A stretch of DNA of 64,000 nucleotides from an uncultured Candidatus Binatia bacterium (GTDB lineage Bacteria > Desulfobacterota > Binatia > UBA9968 > CAXXLF01). The DNA is taken from positions 2,080,001 to 2,144,000 of the forward strand of contig OZ244621.1 in assembly GCA_965218425.1 (NCBI GenBank), read 5' to 3'. The position numbers and the translations under genes are program-made. Below, in pieces: positions 56,915-64,000 of this stretch. How positions within the stretch are numbered: position 1 is the first letter of the stretch; every line of letters begins with the position of its first letter. The notes under the pieces were generated by a model. That model was not told where the DNA came from. It saw nothing but the letters and a program-made list of their open reading frames with translations, and searched no databases.

Positions 56915-57223
56915 GTGAATGAAAAAATACGCATACGGCTCAAGGCTTACGATTATCGGGTCTTAGACCAATCGGTTGGGGAAATCGTTGAAACCGTAAA
57001 GCGGACCGGTGGGAGGGTAGCTGGTCCCATCCCTCTCCCCACGCGCATTGAGCGGTTCACGGTCAATCGGTCTCCCCACGTGGATAAAAAATCCAGAGAG
57101 CAGTTTGAGATACGCACCCATAAGAGGCTACTGGACATCCTTGAGCCTACCCAGCAGACCATTGATGCCTTGGGAAAACTGGACCTCGCCGCGGGCGTGG
57201 ACGTGGAAATAAAATTACAGTGA
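56915..57223 (+). CDS. rpsJ: 30S ribosomal protein S10
   Basis: [28 protein letters not shown]. Confidence 0.98.
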   Translation: MNEKIRIRLKAYDYRVLDQSVGEIVETVKRTGGRVAGPIPLPTRIERFTVNRSPHVDKKSREQFEIRTHKRLLDILEPTQQTIDALGKLDLAAGVDVEIKLQ

Positions 57224-57306
57224 ACGTAAAAAGAAATCTAAATTTGTAATTTGAGAATTTGAAATCCAAAATCCAAGATGAGAAGTTAAAAATTCAAGTG
57301 GCTCGT

Positions 57307-57942
57307 ATGAATGGTCTTATAGGCAGAAAAGTTGGGATGACTCAGGTCTTTAGCGAGGATGGCAACCTGGTTCCCGTCACGGCCATCGAGGCCGGTCCCT
57401 GCGTGGTGGTCCAAAAGAAGGACAAGGCAACAGACGGATATGAGGCCCTGCAATTGGGATTCGGATCGAAGAAAAGTCAGCGAGTCAATAAGCCGGATCA
57501 GGGTCATATGAGCAAAGCAGGAAAGGGGGCCTTTTCTGTGTTGAATGAGTTCCGCTCAGAAGAGGTGGCATCCTTTGAAGTGGGGCAGGAAATCAAGCTA
57601 TCGGATCTTTTTAAGGCGGGGGATCATGTGGATGTGACGGGAACCTCCAAGGGCAGGGGGTTTGCCGGGGTGATTAAACGTTGGGGGTTTGGTGGATTTC
57701 CGGGCTCCCACGGAACCCATGAGTATTTTCGCCATGGCGGAGCCATCGGTAATCGTTCTTATCCCGGGCGAGTCTTTCGGGGGAAGAAGATGGCGGGTCA
57801 GTTGGGCAATGAACAGGTCTCGGTCCAGAATCTAGAGGTGGTTCAGATTCGAGAAGATTCGAACCTCCTTTTGGTTAAAGGGGCCGTCCCGGGGGCTAAG
57901 AGGGGAATCCTGTTAATTCGAAGGACGGTGAAAAGGAAATAA
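57307..57942 (+). CDS. rplC: 50S ribosomal protein L3
   Basis: GRKVGMTQ, SKGRGFAG, GKKMAG, VKGAVPG; ATG 57307. Confidence 0.97.
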   Translation: MNGLIGRKVGMTQVFSEDGNLVPVTAIEAGPCVVVQKKDKATDGYEALQLGFGSKKSQRVNKPDQGHMSKAGKGAFSVLNEFRSEEVASFEVGQEIKLSDLFKAGDHVDVTGTSKGRGFAGVIKRWGFGGFPGSHGTHEYFRHGGAIGNRSYPGRVFRGKKMAGQLGNEQVSVQNLEVVQIREDSNLLLVKGAVPGAKRGILLIRRTVKRK

Positions 57943-57944
57943 CC

Positions 57945-58568
57945 ATGGCAGTCCAAGTCGTTCATCCCCAACTTCAGGAGCGTATATTTGGTGTCCCCAT
58001 ACGCCCTCGTCTCCTGCATCAAGTGGTATTGATGCAACTGAACAGCCGCCGATCCGGCACCGCGTCCACGAAAACAAGGGGTGTGGTACGTGGGAGCGGG
58101 AGAAAACCCTGGCGTCAGAAGGGAACGGGGCGGGCCCGTGCAGGTAGTGTGAGATCTCCTATTTGGGTTGGGGGAGGGACGGTGTTTGGTCCTCATCCTA
58201 GGGATTACTCCTATCGTTTACCTAAAAAGGCGCGCAGGGAGGCCTTGCTTACCGCCTTGAGCCTGCGGATGCAGGAGGAAAAGATTATCGTCGTGGACAA
58301 GTTGGAGCTTGCCGAGGTGAAGACCAAAGAGATGAAAAAGACTTTGGACGAATTGGGGGTGGAAAGCGCCCTAATCGTTATTTCTGAGCCAGATGAGAAA
58401 GTGGAACGCTCGGCGCGTAACCTTGCGGCTGTTAAGGTCCTTCGTGCTCAAGGACTTAATGTCTATGATATTCTCTGCTATAAGCATCTGATTCTAACGG
58501 AGAAATCACTGAAAGCCATCGAAGAGAGACTGGCTCCGGTCCAGGAGGTTGCCGGGGTGAGCGGGTAA
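57945..58568 (+). CDS. rplD: 50S ribosomal protein L4
   Basis: KPWRQKGTGRARAGS, GGGTVFGP, SARNL. Confidence 0.96.
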   Translation: MAVQVVHPQLQERIFGVPIRPRLLHQVVLMQLNSRRSGTASTKTRGVVRGSGRKPWRQKGTGRARAGSVRSPIWVGGGTVFGPHPRDYSYRLPKKARREALLTALSLRMQEEKIIVVDKLELAEVKTKEMKKTLDELGVESALIVISEPDEKVERSARNLAAVKVLRAQGLNVYDILCYKHLILTEKSLKAIEERLAPVQEVAGVSG

Positions 58569-58606
58569 TTTATGGAGCGGAAAATCCTTTAGATTCGGAG
58601 ACGCGA

Positions 58607-58897
58607 ATGAGAGAGGCTGAAGAAATCATTAAGGCGCCTTTAATCACAGAGAAGGGATCTCTGTTGACCGAAAAGTCCAATCAGGTGCTGTTTAAGGTGC
58701 GCCCTGATGCCAATAAGATTGAAGTCAAAAAGGCCGTGGAAGAGCTCTTTAAAGTCAAAGTGGTCAAGGTGAGGACCAATCGCCACCTGGGAAAGATTCG
58801 GCGTATGGGCCGGAATTTTGGACGTCTGCCCCAGTGGAAGAAGGCCTATGTGACCCTCAAGGAAGGAGACCGGATTGACTTCTTTGGCGGGGCCTAG
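58607..58897 (+). CDS. rplW: 50S ribosomal protein L23
   Basis: PLITEK, ANKIEVK, WKKAYVTL. Confidence 0.97.
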   Translation: MREAEEIIKAPLITEKGSLLTEKSNQVLFKVRPDANKIEVKKAVEELFKVKVVKVRTNRHLGKIRRMGRNFGRLPQWKKAYVTLKEGDRIDFFGGA

Positions 58898-58929
58898 AAC
58901 AGAGTTAACGCCTAGAAGGGTAGACAAAG

Positions 58930-59754
58930 ATGCCTATTAAGAATTTTGCACCCACTTCTCCGGGTAGACGTCTCTCCACCGGATTTACCTTTGAGGAAAT
59001 CACGAAGTCGAGGCCTGATAAGCACCTGGTACGACCGCTGAAGAGGAGCGGTGGGCGAAACAGCACAGGGCGAATTACCAGTGATCATCGGGGGGGAGGT
59101 CACAAACGTCTTTACCGGTTCATTGATTTCAAGCGGAACAAGCTTGGGGTTCCTGCACGGGTTGAGGCCATCGAGTATGATCCTAATCGTTCTGCGCGTA
59201 TTGCCCTGCTCTGTTATGCCGATGGAGAGCGTCGGTATATTTTGGCGCCGGACCAGCTCCGGGTGGGAGATCCCGTGATGACCGGTACTGACGATGTGGA
59301 TATCAAACCGGGCAATTCATTACCCATGAAGTTTATTCCGGTGGGCACGGTGCTTCACAATATTGAGCTCAAAATCGGCAAGGGAGGTCAGTTGGTCCGA
59401 AGCGCCGGCGCCGGCGCCCAGCTGATGGCAAAAGAGGGTGCCTACGCCCTGCTGAAACTTCCCTCTGGCGAACTGCGCAACGTGTTGGTGGAGTGTCGAG
59501 CCACGGTGGGACAGGTGGGAAATGTTGAGCATGAGAACGTCACCCTAGGAAAAGCGGGGAGATCCCGATGGATGCGCAGGAGGCCTGCCACACGGGGAAT
59601 GGCTAAGAATCCCGTGGACCATCCACATGGCGGGGGAGAGGGTCGTTCCAAGGGGAATCACCCCATGACTCCCTGGGGCAAGCCCACCAAGGGATACAAA
59701 ACGAGAAAAAGTCGGCTATCGGATAAGTATATTGTCAGACGGAGAAAGGCCTAA
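58930..59754 (+). CDS. rplB: 50S ribosomal protein L2
   Basis: [28 protein letters not shown]. Confidence 0.98.
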   Translation: MPIKNFAPTSPGRRLSTGFTFEEITKSRPDKHLVRPLKRSGGRNSTGRITSDHRGGGHKRLYRFIDFKRNKLGVPARVEAIEYDPNRSARIALLCYADGERRYILAPDQLRVGDPVMTGTDDVDIKPGNSLPMKFIPVGTVLHNIELKIGKGGQLVRSAGAGAQLMAKEGAYALLKLPSGELRNVLVECRATVGQVGNVEHENVTLGKAGRSRWMRRRPATRGMAKNPVDHPHGGGEGRSKGNHPMTPWGKPTKGYKTRKSRLSDKYIVRRRKA

Positions 59755-59759
59755 ACCCA

Positions 59760-60101
59760 ATGGCACGCTCGGTTAAAAAGGGTCCCTTTGTGGACGATCA
59801 CCTGAAGAAAAAGATCGACGGCATGAATCGGACCGATGAGAAAAGGGTGTTGAAGACCTGGTCACGTCGTTCCACCGTGACACCGGACATGATCGGCCAC
59901 ACCATTGCCGTTCACAACGGCCGGAAGTTCATCCCAGTCTATGTCACCGAGAATATGGTGGGGCATAAACTGGGGGAATTTTCACCGACACGCACCTTTT
60001 ATAGCCATGCGGGAGACCGCAAGGGACAGGCAAAAGAGACCTCCTCGGCCCCCGTTACTTCGAGGGCTCCATCCGGAGGTGGCGCTCAAACTTCAAGCTA
60101 G
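59760..60101 (+). CDS. rpsS: 30S ribosomal protein S19 (C-terminal extension)
   Basis: [21 protein letters not shown]. Confidence 0.97.
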   Translation: MARSVKKGPFVDDHLKKKIDGMNRTDEKRVLKTWSRRSTVTPDMIGHTIAVHNGRKFIPVYVTENMVGHKLGEFSPTRTFYSHAGDRKGQAKETSSAPVTSRAPSGGGAQTSS

Positions 60102-60119
60102 CCAGCATTTGAATAGGTT

Positions 60120-60455
60120 ATGGAGACACGTGCAATGACAAAATTTCTCCGGGTTTCACCTCGTAAAGTAAGGCTAGTGGTGAATCAGATCCGGGGAAAA
60201 GAAGTGGATGCGGCTCTTAACATCCTGAAGTTTACGCCAAAACGTTCAGCGGCCATTGTAAGTAAAGTCCTTCGCACTGCCATTGTCAACGCCGAAAATA
60301 CGCAGAGTGTGGATGTGGATCGGCTTTACATCAAGCAGGTCAAGGTGGATGAGGGAGGCATGTGGAAACGCTTTATGCCCCGGGCCCAGGGCCGGGCCAC
60401 GCGAATTCGGAAACGGCTTAGCCATATTACCATAGTGATCGATGAGAGGACTTAA
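60120..60455 (+). CDS. rplV: 50S ribosomal protein L22
   Basis: [20 protein letters not shown]. Confidence 0.97.
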   Translation: METRAMTKFLRVSPRKVRLVVNQIRGKEVDAALNILKFTPKRSAAIVSKVLRTAIVNAENTQSVDVDRLYIKQVKVDEGGMWKRFMPRAQGRATRIRKRLSHITIVIDERT

Positions 60456-60460
60456 ACGGT

Positions 60461-61123
60461 ATGGGTCAAAAAACGCATCCTAAGATATTTCGTATCGGGG
60501 TCATCGAGTCGTGGGATTCCAAGTGGTACGCAGATCGTGACTATTCCCATCTGCTTCATGAGGATTTCAAGATCAAAAAGTTTATCAAGGGTCGACTCTT
60601 TCACGCAGGGATATCCAAGATTGAAATCGAGCGGGCCACCAATAAAGCGAAGATCAACATCCATACCGCTCGTCCCGGGATCGTCATTGGCAAAAAGGGT
60701 GCCGAGATTGAGAAACTGAAAGAAGATCTCTCTCATCTTACCGGCGGAGAGATATATATTAATATTCACGAGGTGCGCCGCCCGGATCTGGATGGACAAC
60801 TGGTGGCGGAAAACGTTGCCTTGCAGTTGCAAAGGCGCGTGGCCTTTCGAAGAGCCATGAAGGAGAGCGTTTCCCGTGCTTTGCGGATGGGGGCCCAGGG
60901 CATTAGGGTTCAGTGCGCGGGTCGGTTGGGGGGAGCAGAAATTGCACGTACCAATTGGTACCGTGAAGGACGGGTGCCACTGCATACCCTGCGTGCGGAT
61001 GTGAGTTACGGACTAGCGGAGGCCCAGACCACCTATGGGGTGATCGGGGTAAAGGTTTGGATCTTTCGTGGGGAGGTGTTGACGGAGGACGAGGAACAGC
61101 AGAAGGCGGCGTTGGGGGTGTAG
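60461..61123 (+). CDS. rpsC: 30S ribosomal protein S3
   Basis: [37 protein letters not shown]. Confidence 0.98.
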   Translation: MGQKTHPKIFRIGVIESWDSKWYADRDYSHLLHEDFKIKKFIKGRLFHAGISKIEIERATNKAKINIHTARPGIVIGKKGAEIEKLKEDLSHLTGGEIYINIHEVRRPDLDGQLVAENVALQLQRRVAFRRAMKESVSRALRMGAQGIRVQCAGRLGGAEIARTNWYREGRVPLHTLRADVSYGLAEAQTTYGVIGVKVWIFRGEVLTEDEEQQKAALGV

Positions 61124-61129
61124 CAACCC

Positions 61130-61197
61130 AGTGCTGAGTTAGGAGTGCTGGGGGACGAGTTATGAAATCCAAAACTCAATCCTCAGGACTCGGCACT
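61130..61197. repeat. Heptamer-periodic palindromic element (GAGTGCT/AGCACTC-like) between rpsC and rplP
   Basis: AGTGCTGAGT..GAGTGCTG...ACTCAATCCTCAGGACTCGGCACTC. Confidence 0.55.
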
Positions 61198-61210
61198 CGG
61201 AGCTTATATT

Positions 61211-61621
61211 ATGTTGGAACCTAAAAAGGTAAAACACCGTAAGATTCAAAAAGGCAGAAGATCCGGGATGGCCATGCGCGGCTCTTCCCTGGCCTTTGGT
61301 GATTATGGATTGAAGGCGCTTGACCGAGGATGGATTACTGCCCGGGAAATCGAGGCCGCTCGAATTGCCCTTACCCGATTCCTCAAGCGAGGTGGCAAGG
61401 TATGGATCCGAATCTTTCCGGATAAACCCATTACCAAGAAGCCGGCTGAGGTCCGGATGGGAAAGGGGAAAGGAGCGCCGGAAAGCTGGGTGGCCGTGAT
61501 CAAACCAGGGAGAATCCTCTTCGAAATGGAAGGGGTCCAGAGCGAATCGGCCCGCGAGGCCTTTCGTCTAGCCTCTCACAAAATCTCCCTTCCCACTGGG
61601 TTTGTGAGGCGCGGGATATAG
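61211..61621 (+). CDS. rplP: 50S ribosomal protein L16
   Basis: [21 protein letters not shown]. Confidence 0.98.
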   Translation: MLEPKKVKHRKIQKGRRSGMAMRGSSLAFGDYGLKALDRGWITAREIEAARIALTRFLKRGGKVWIRIFPDKPITKKPAEVRMGKGKGAPESWVAVIKPGRILFEMEGVQSESAREAFRLASHKISLPTGFVRRGI

Positions 61622-61622
61622 T

Positions 61623-61835
61623 ATGGAGGCCAAGGAAATACGGGAGATGAACCGCGAGGAGATCATCCAAAAGCGCCGGGAACTCAAGCAACAGGTCTTT
61701 CACCTCAGATTGAGCCGGAGTGCCGGACGACTGGAGAGTTCAATTAAGTTGAGACAGACCAAAAGAGATCTGGCGCGCTTGGAGACTGTCTTGAGGGAAA
61801 AGGAAGCAGCCGAAGTCGGGACAAAAGCAGGATGA
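61623..61835 (+). CDS. rpmC: 50S ribosomal protein L29
   Basis: EIREM, FHLRL, KRDLARLETV; position in S10 operon. Confidence 0.93.
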   Translation: MEAKEIREMNREEIIQKRRELKQQVFHLRLSRSAGRLESSIKLRQTKRDLARLETVLREKEAAEVGTKAG

Positions 61836-62146
61836 ATCAAAAAATCACTAGAAAAATTCGTGAGGGAAAGGTCACCAGCAATCGTATGCAGAAGACTGTG
61901 GTGGTCTCCATCGACAGGAATGTGCTGCACTCGAGGTACAAGAAATACCTCAAACGAAAAACCACAGTTAAAGCACATGATGAAAGAAACGAGTGTCAAA
62001 TTGGAGATCGAGTGCTCATCGTTGAGTGTCGACCGTTGAGCCATGATAAGTGTTGGCGTGTCCGGCGGATCCTGGAACGGAATGTCTCTGGCGGTACGGA
62101 TGTTGCTGGGGATCTAGGAGAATCCGGTCCCTCCCCTGCCGTTTAA
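61832..62146 (+). CDS. rpsQ: 30S ribosomal protein S17 (C-terminal extension)
   Basis: MQKTVVV, AHDE, ECRPLS. Confidence 0.96.
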   Translation: MNQKITRKIREGKVTSNRMQKTVVVSIDRNVLHSRYKKYLKRKTTVKAHDERNECQIGDRVLIVECRPLSHDKCWRVRRILERNVSGGTDVAGDLGESGPSPAV

Positions 62147-62172
62147 GATCTTTGTGATGAGGTGGAATTGTT

Positions 62173-62541
62173 ATGGTTCAGATGAGTACAGTTTTGGATG
62201 TTGCGGACAATTCGGGGGCGCGGAGGGTTCAGTGTATTCGAGTGCTTGGCGGTACCAGACGCAGGTACGCCTCCATTGGAGATATCATCGTGGTGGCCGT
62301 CAAGGAGGCCATTCCTAATTCGAAGGTGAAAAAAGGGGCGGTGATGAGGGCCGTGGTGGTTCGAACAGCCAAAGAAATTGGCCGCCCGGAAGGGAGCTAC
62401 ATTCGCTTTGACAATAACTCCGCTGTGCTCATCGACAATCAGAAGGAACCGGTGGGTACTCGTATCTTTGGGCCTGTGGCTCGTGAACTCAGGGCAAAGA
62501 AGTTTATGAAGATCATTTCCCTGGCGCCAGAGGTCATCTGA
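62173..62541 (+). CDS. rplN: 50S ribosomal protein L14
   Basis: [29 protein letters not shown]. Confidence 0.98.
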   Translation: MVQMSTVLDVADNSGARRVQCIRVLGGTRRRYASIGDIIVVAVKEAIPNSKVKKGAVMRAVVVRTAKEIGRPEGSYIRFDNNSAVLIDNQKEPVGTRIFGPVARELRAKKFMKIISLAPEVI

Positions 62542-62542
62542 A

Positions 62543-62860
62543 ATGGCAATGCATCTGCGCAAAAACGACAACGTGATGATCATCGCGGGTAAGGAGAGGG
62601 GCACCACGGGAAAAATTCTCAAGGTCCTTTCAGAAAAGGATCGGGCCATCATCGAGCGACTCAACCTGGTAAAGAGGCACACCAAACCCAGGGGACCACA
62701 ACAGCCGGGGGGAATAGTGGAAAAAGAGGCCTCCATTCACATCTCGAATCTAATGCTCATGTGTGACCGTTGTAATGCGCCCGTTCGGTTTGGACACAAG
62801 GTCCTGGGAGACGGGAAAAAAGTTAGAATTTGTCGTCGTTGTAGTGAAACCATCGATTAA
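62543..62860 (+). CDS. rplX: 50S ribosomal protein L24
   Basis: KOW motif [15 protein letters not shown]. Confidence 0.97.
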   Translation: MAMHLRKNDNVMIIAGKERGTTGKILKVLSEKDRAIIERLNLVKRHTKPRGPQQPGGIVEKEASIHISNLMLMCDRCNAPVRFGHKVLGDGKKVRICRRCSETID

Positions 62861-62868
62861 GGGAAACC

Positions 62869-63408
62869 GTGGCACGTTTGAAGGAAAAATATCAGGAACA
62901 GGTGGTCTCCTCTTTGATGAAGGAGTTCGGATACAAGAACCGTCATCAGGTTCCTCGCCTGGAAAAGATTACTTTGAATGTAAGCATGGGGGAGGCCATA
63001 CAAAACATCAAGGTCCTGGATGGAGCAGTGGCCGAGTTGAAGGCCATTAGCGGGCAGAAGCCGGTGGTAACCCGTGCCAGGAAGGACATTTCGAACTTCA
63101 AACTGCGAAAGGGAGTTCCCATTGGCTGCATGGTTACCCTTCGAAGGGAGCGAATGTACGAGTTCTTGGACCGGATGATTCATGTGGCTTTACCGCAGGT
63201 CAGAGATTTCAGGGGTCTTTCGGTCCGCTCATTTCAGGGTCATGGTGATTACTCGCTTGGGATCCGAGAGCAGATCATTTTTCCGGAGATTGCGGTGGAT
63301 TCAGTGGAGAAAGTTCATGGGCTCACGGTTTCAATCGTAACCACGGCCCGCACGGATGAAGAGGGCAAAGCGTTGCTCAAACAATTGGGGATGCCCTTTG
63401 CCAGTTAG
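62869..63408 (+). CDS. rplE: 50S ribosomal protein L5
   Basis: [26 protein letters not shown]. Confidence 0.97.
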   Translation: MARLKEKYQEQVVSSLMKEFGYKNRHQVPRLEKITLNVSMGEAIQNIKVLDGAVAELKAISGQKPVVTRARKDISNFKLRKGVPIGCMVTLRRERMYEFLDRMIHVALPQVRDFRGLSVRSFQGHGDYSLGIREQIIFPEIAVDSVEKVHGLTVSIVTTARTDEEGKALLKQLGMPFAS

Positions 63409-63425
63409 AAATCGAGGAATAGGAA

Positions 63426-63611
63426 ATGGCTAAAAAGTGTCTCCGAGTCAAGGCGGAACGGACCCCTAAATTTAAGGTCAGGACATACAACCGATGTCCT
63501 CTTTGCGGTCGTCCACGGGCCTTTTACCGGCGGTTTCGCATGTGCCGTATTTGCCTCAGGGACTTTGCGCGCAGAGGAGAAATCCCAGGGTTGATCAAAG
63601 CCAGCTGGTAG
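63426..63611 (+). CDS. rpsN: 30S ribosomal protein S14, Zn-binding (type Z)
   Basis: 61 aa with RCPLCGR...MCRIC. Confidence 0.96.
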   Translation: MAKKCLRVKAERTPKFKVRTYNRCPLCGRPRAFYRRFRMCRICLRDFARRGEIPGLIKASW

Positions 63612-63624
63612 TTCGGAGAAAACT

Positions 63625-64000
63625 ATGGGAATGACAGATCCAATCGCAGACATGTTGACTCGAATTCGTAACGGCGGCCGGGCTCACCACCGGGAGGTGG
63701 AAATCCCTTGGTCTTGTATTAAGGAGAGTATGGCCCGTTTGTTGGTGCAAGAGGGCTATGTGCGGGACGTCAAGAGGGCCAAACCGAAGGACAAAGTGGG
63801 AGAGGTTCTCCGGGTCCAGCTCAAGTTTGATAAGAACGACAATCCGGTTATCACCGGCATCAAGCGGGTGAGTCGCCCAGGGCGCAGGGTCTATGTAGGA
63901 AAAAAGGAAATCCCGCAGGTCCGTCGTGGACTGGGAATTAACCTTCTCTCCACGCCAAGGGGGATTCTTGTGGATCGGCAGGCGCAGAAAACTGGAGTCG
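63625..64000 (+). CDS. rpsH: 30S ribosomal protein S8 (runs off the window end)
   Basis: MGMTDPIADMLTRIRN...RVSRPGRRVY...GLG...STPRG. Confidence 0.96.
   Translation, partial: MGMTDPIADMLTRIRNGGRAHHREVEIPWSCIKESMARLLVQEGYVRDVKRAKPKDKVGEVLRVQLKFDKNDNPVITGIKRVSRPGRRVYVGKKEIPQVRRGLGINLLSTPRGILVDRQAQKTGV

Overview
Bacterial chromosomal window, probably from a deltaproteobacterial-type lineage (inferred from rplM-rpsI-argC, rph-rdgB-tRNA and tig-clpPX-lon-HU gene order and protein style). The right 36 kb is core housekeeping: tig-clpP-clpX-lon-HU, rplM-rpsI-argC, lptFG, rlmB, a tRNA cluster with tuf, rpmG-secE-nusG-rplKAJL-rpoBC, rpsLG-fusA and the S10/spc genes up to a partial rpsH. The left 20 kb is metabolic: HU, ilvE, a frameshifted thioesterase, archease-RtcB, ferredoxin, lipBA, 2-oxoacid:ferredoxin oxidoreductase, a cold-shock protein, flavin reductase, an actinobacterial-type PatA-like acyltransferase, ALDH-glcDEF and rph-rdgB. 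Twelve tRNA genes are present. The standout is a ~6.2 kb integrase-less islet at the 3' end of tRNA-Lys(CTT). It is bounded by a direct repeat of the tRNA end (21747-21757 / 27945-27955) and carries a tightly coupled three-gene operon: a HerA-family ATPase, a Zn-ribbon-containing NurA-family nuclease and an SPPY-type amino-DNA methyltransferase. The operon is preceded by a long GC-rich, potentially structured leader and followed by an IS256 relic. It is a candidate restriction-modification-like or antiphage system in which HerA-NurA takes the place of a restriction enzyme; I cannot match it to a named system. Secondary highlights are a candidate structured RNA upstream of archease-rtcB, several dispersed palindromic repeat families inside conserved operons, and a high-GC autotransporter relic between tRNA-His and tRNA-Lys. 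All calls are by eye; no database searches or folding programs were run.
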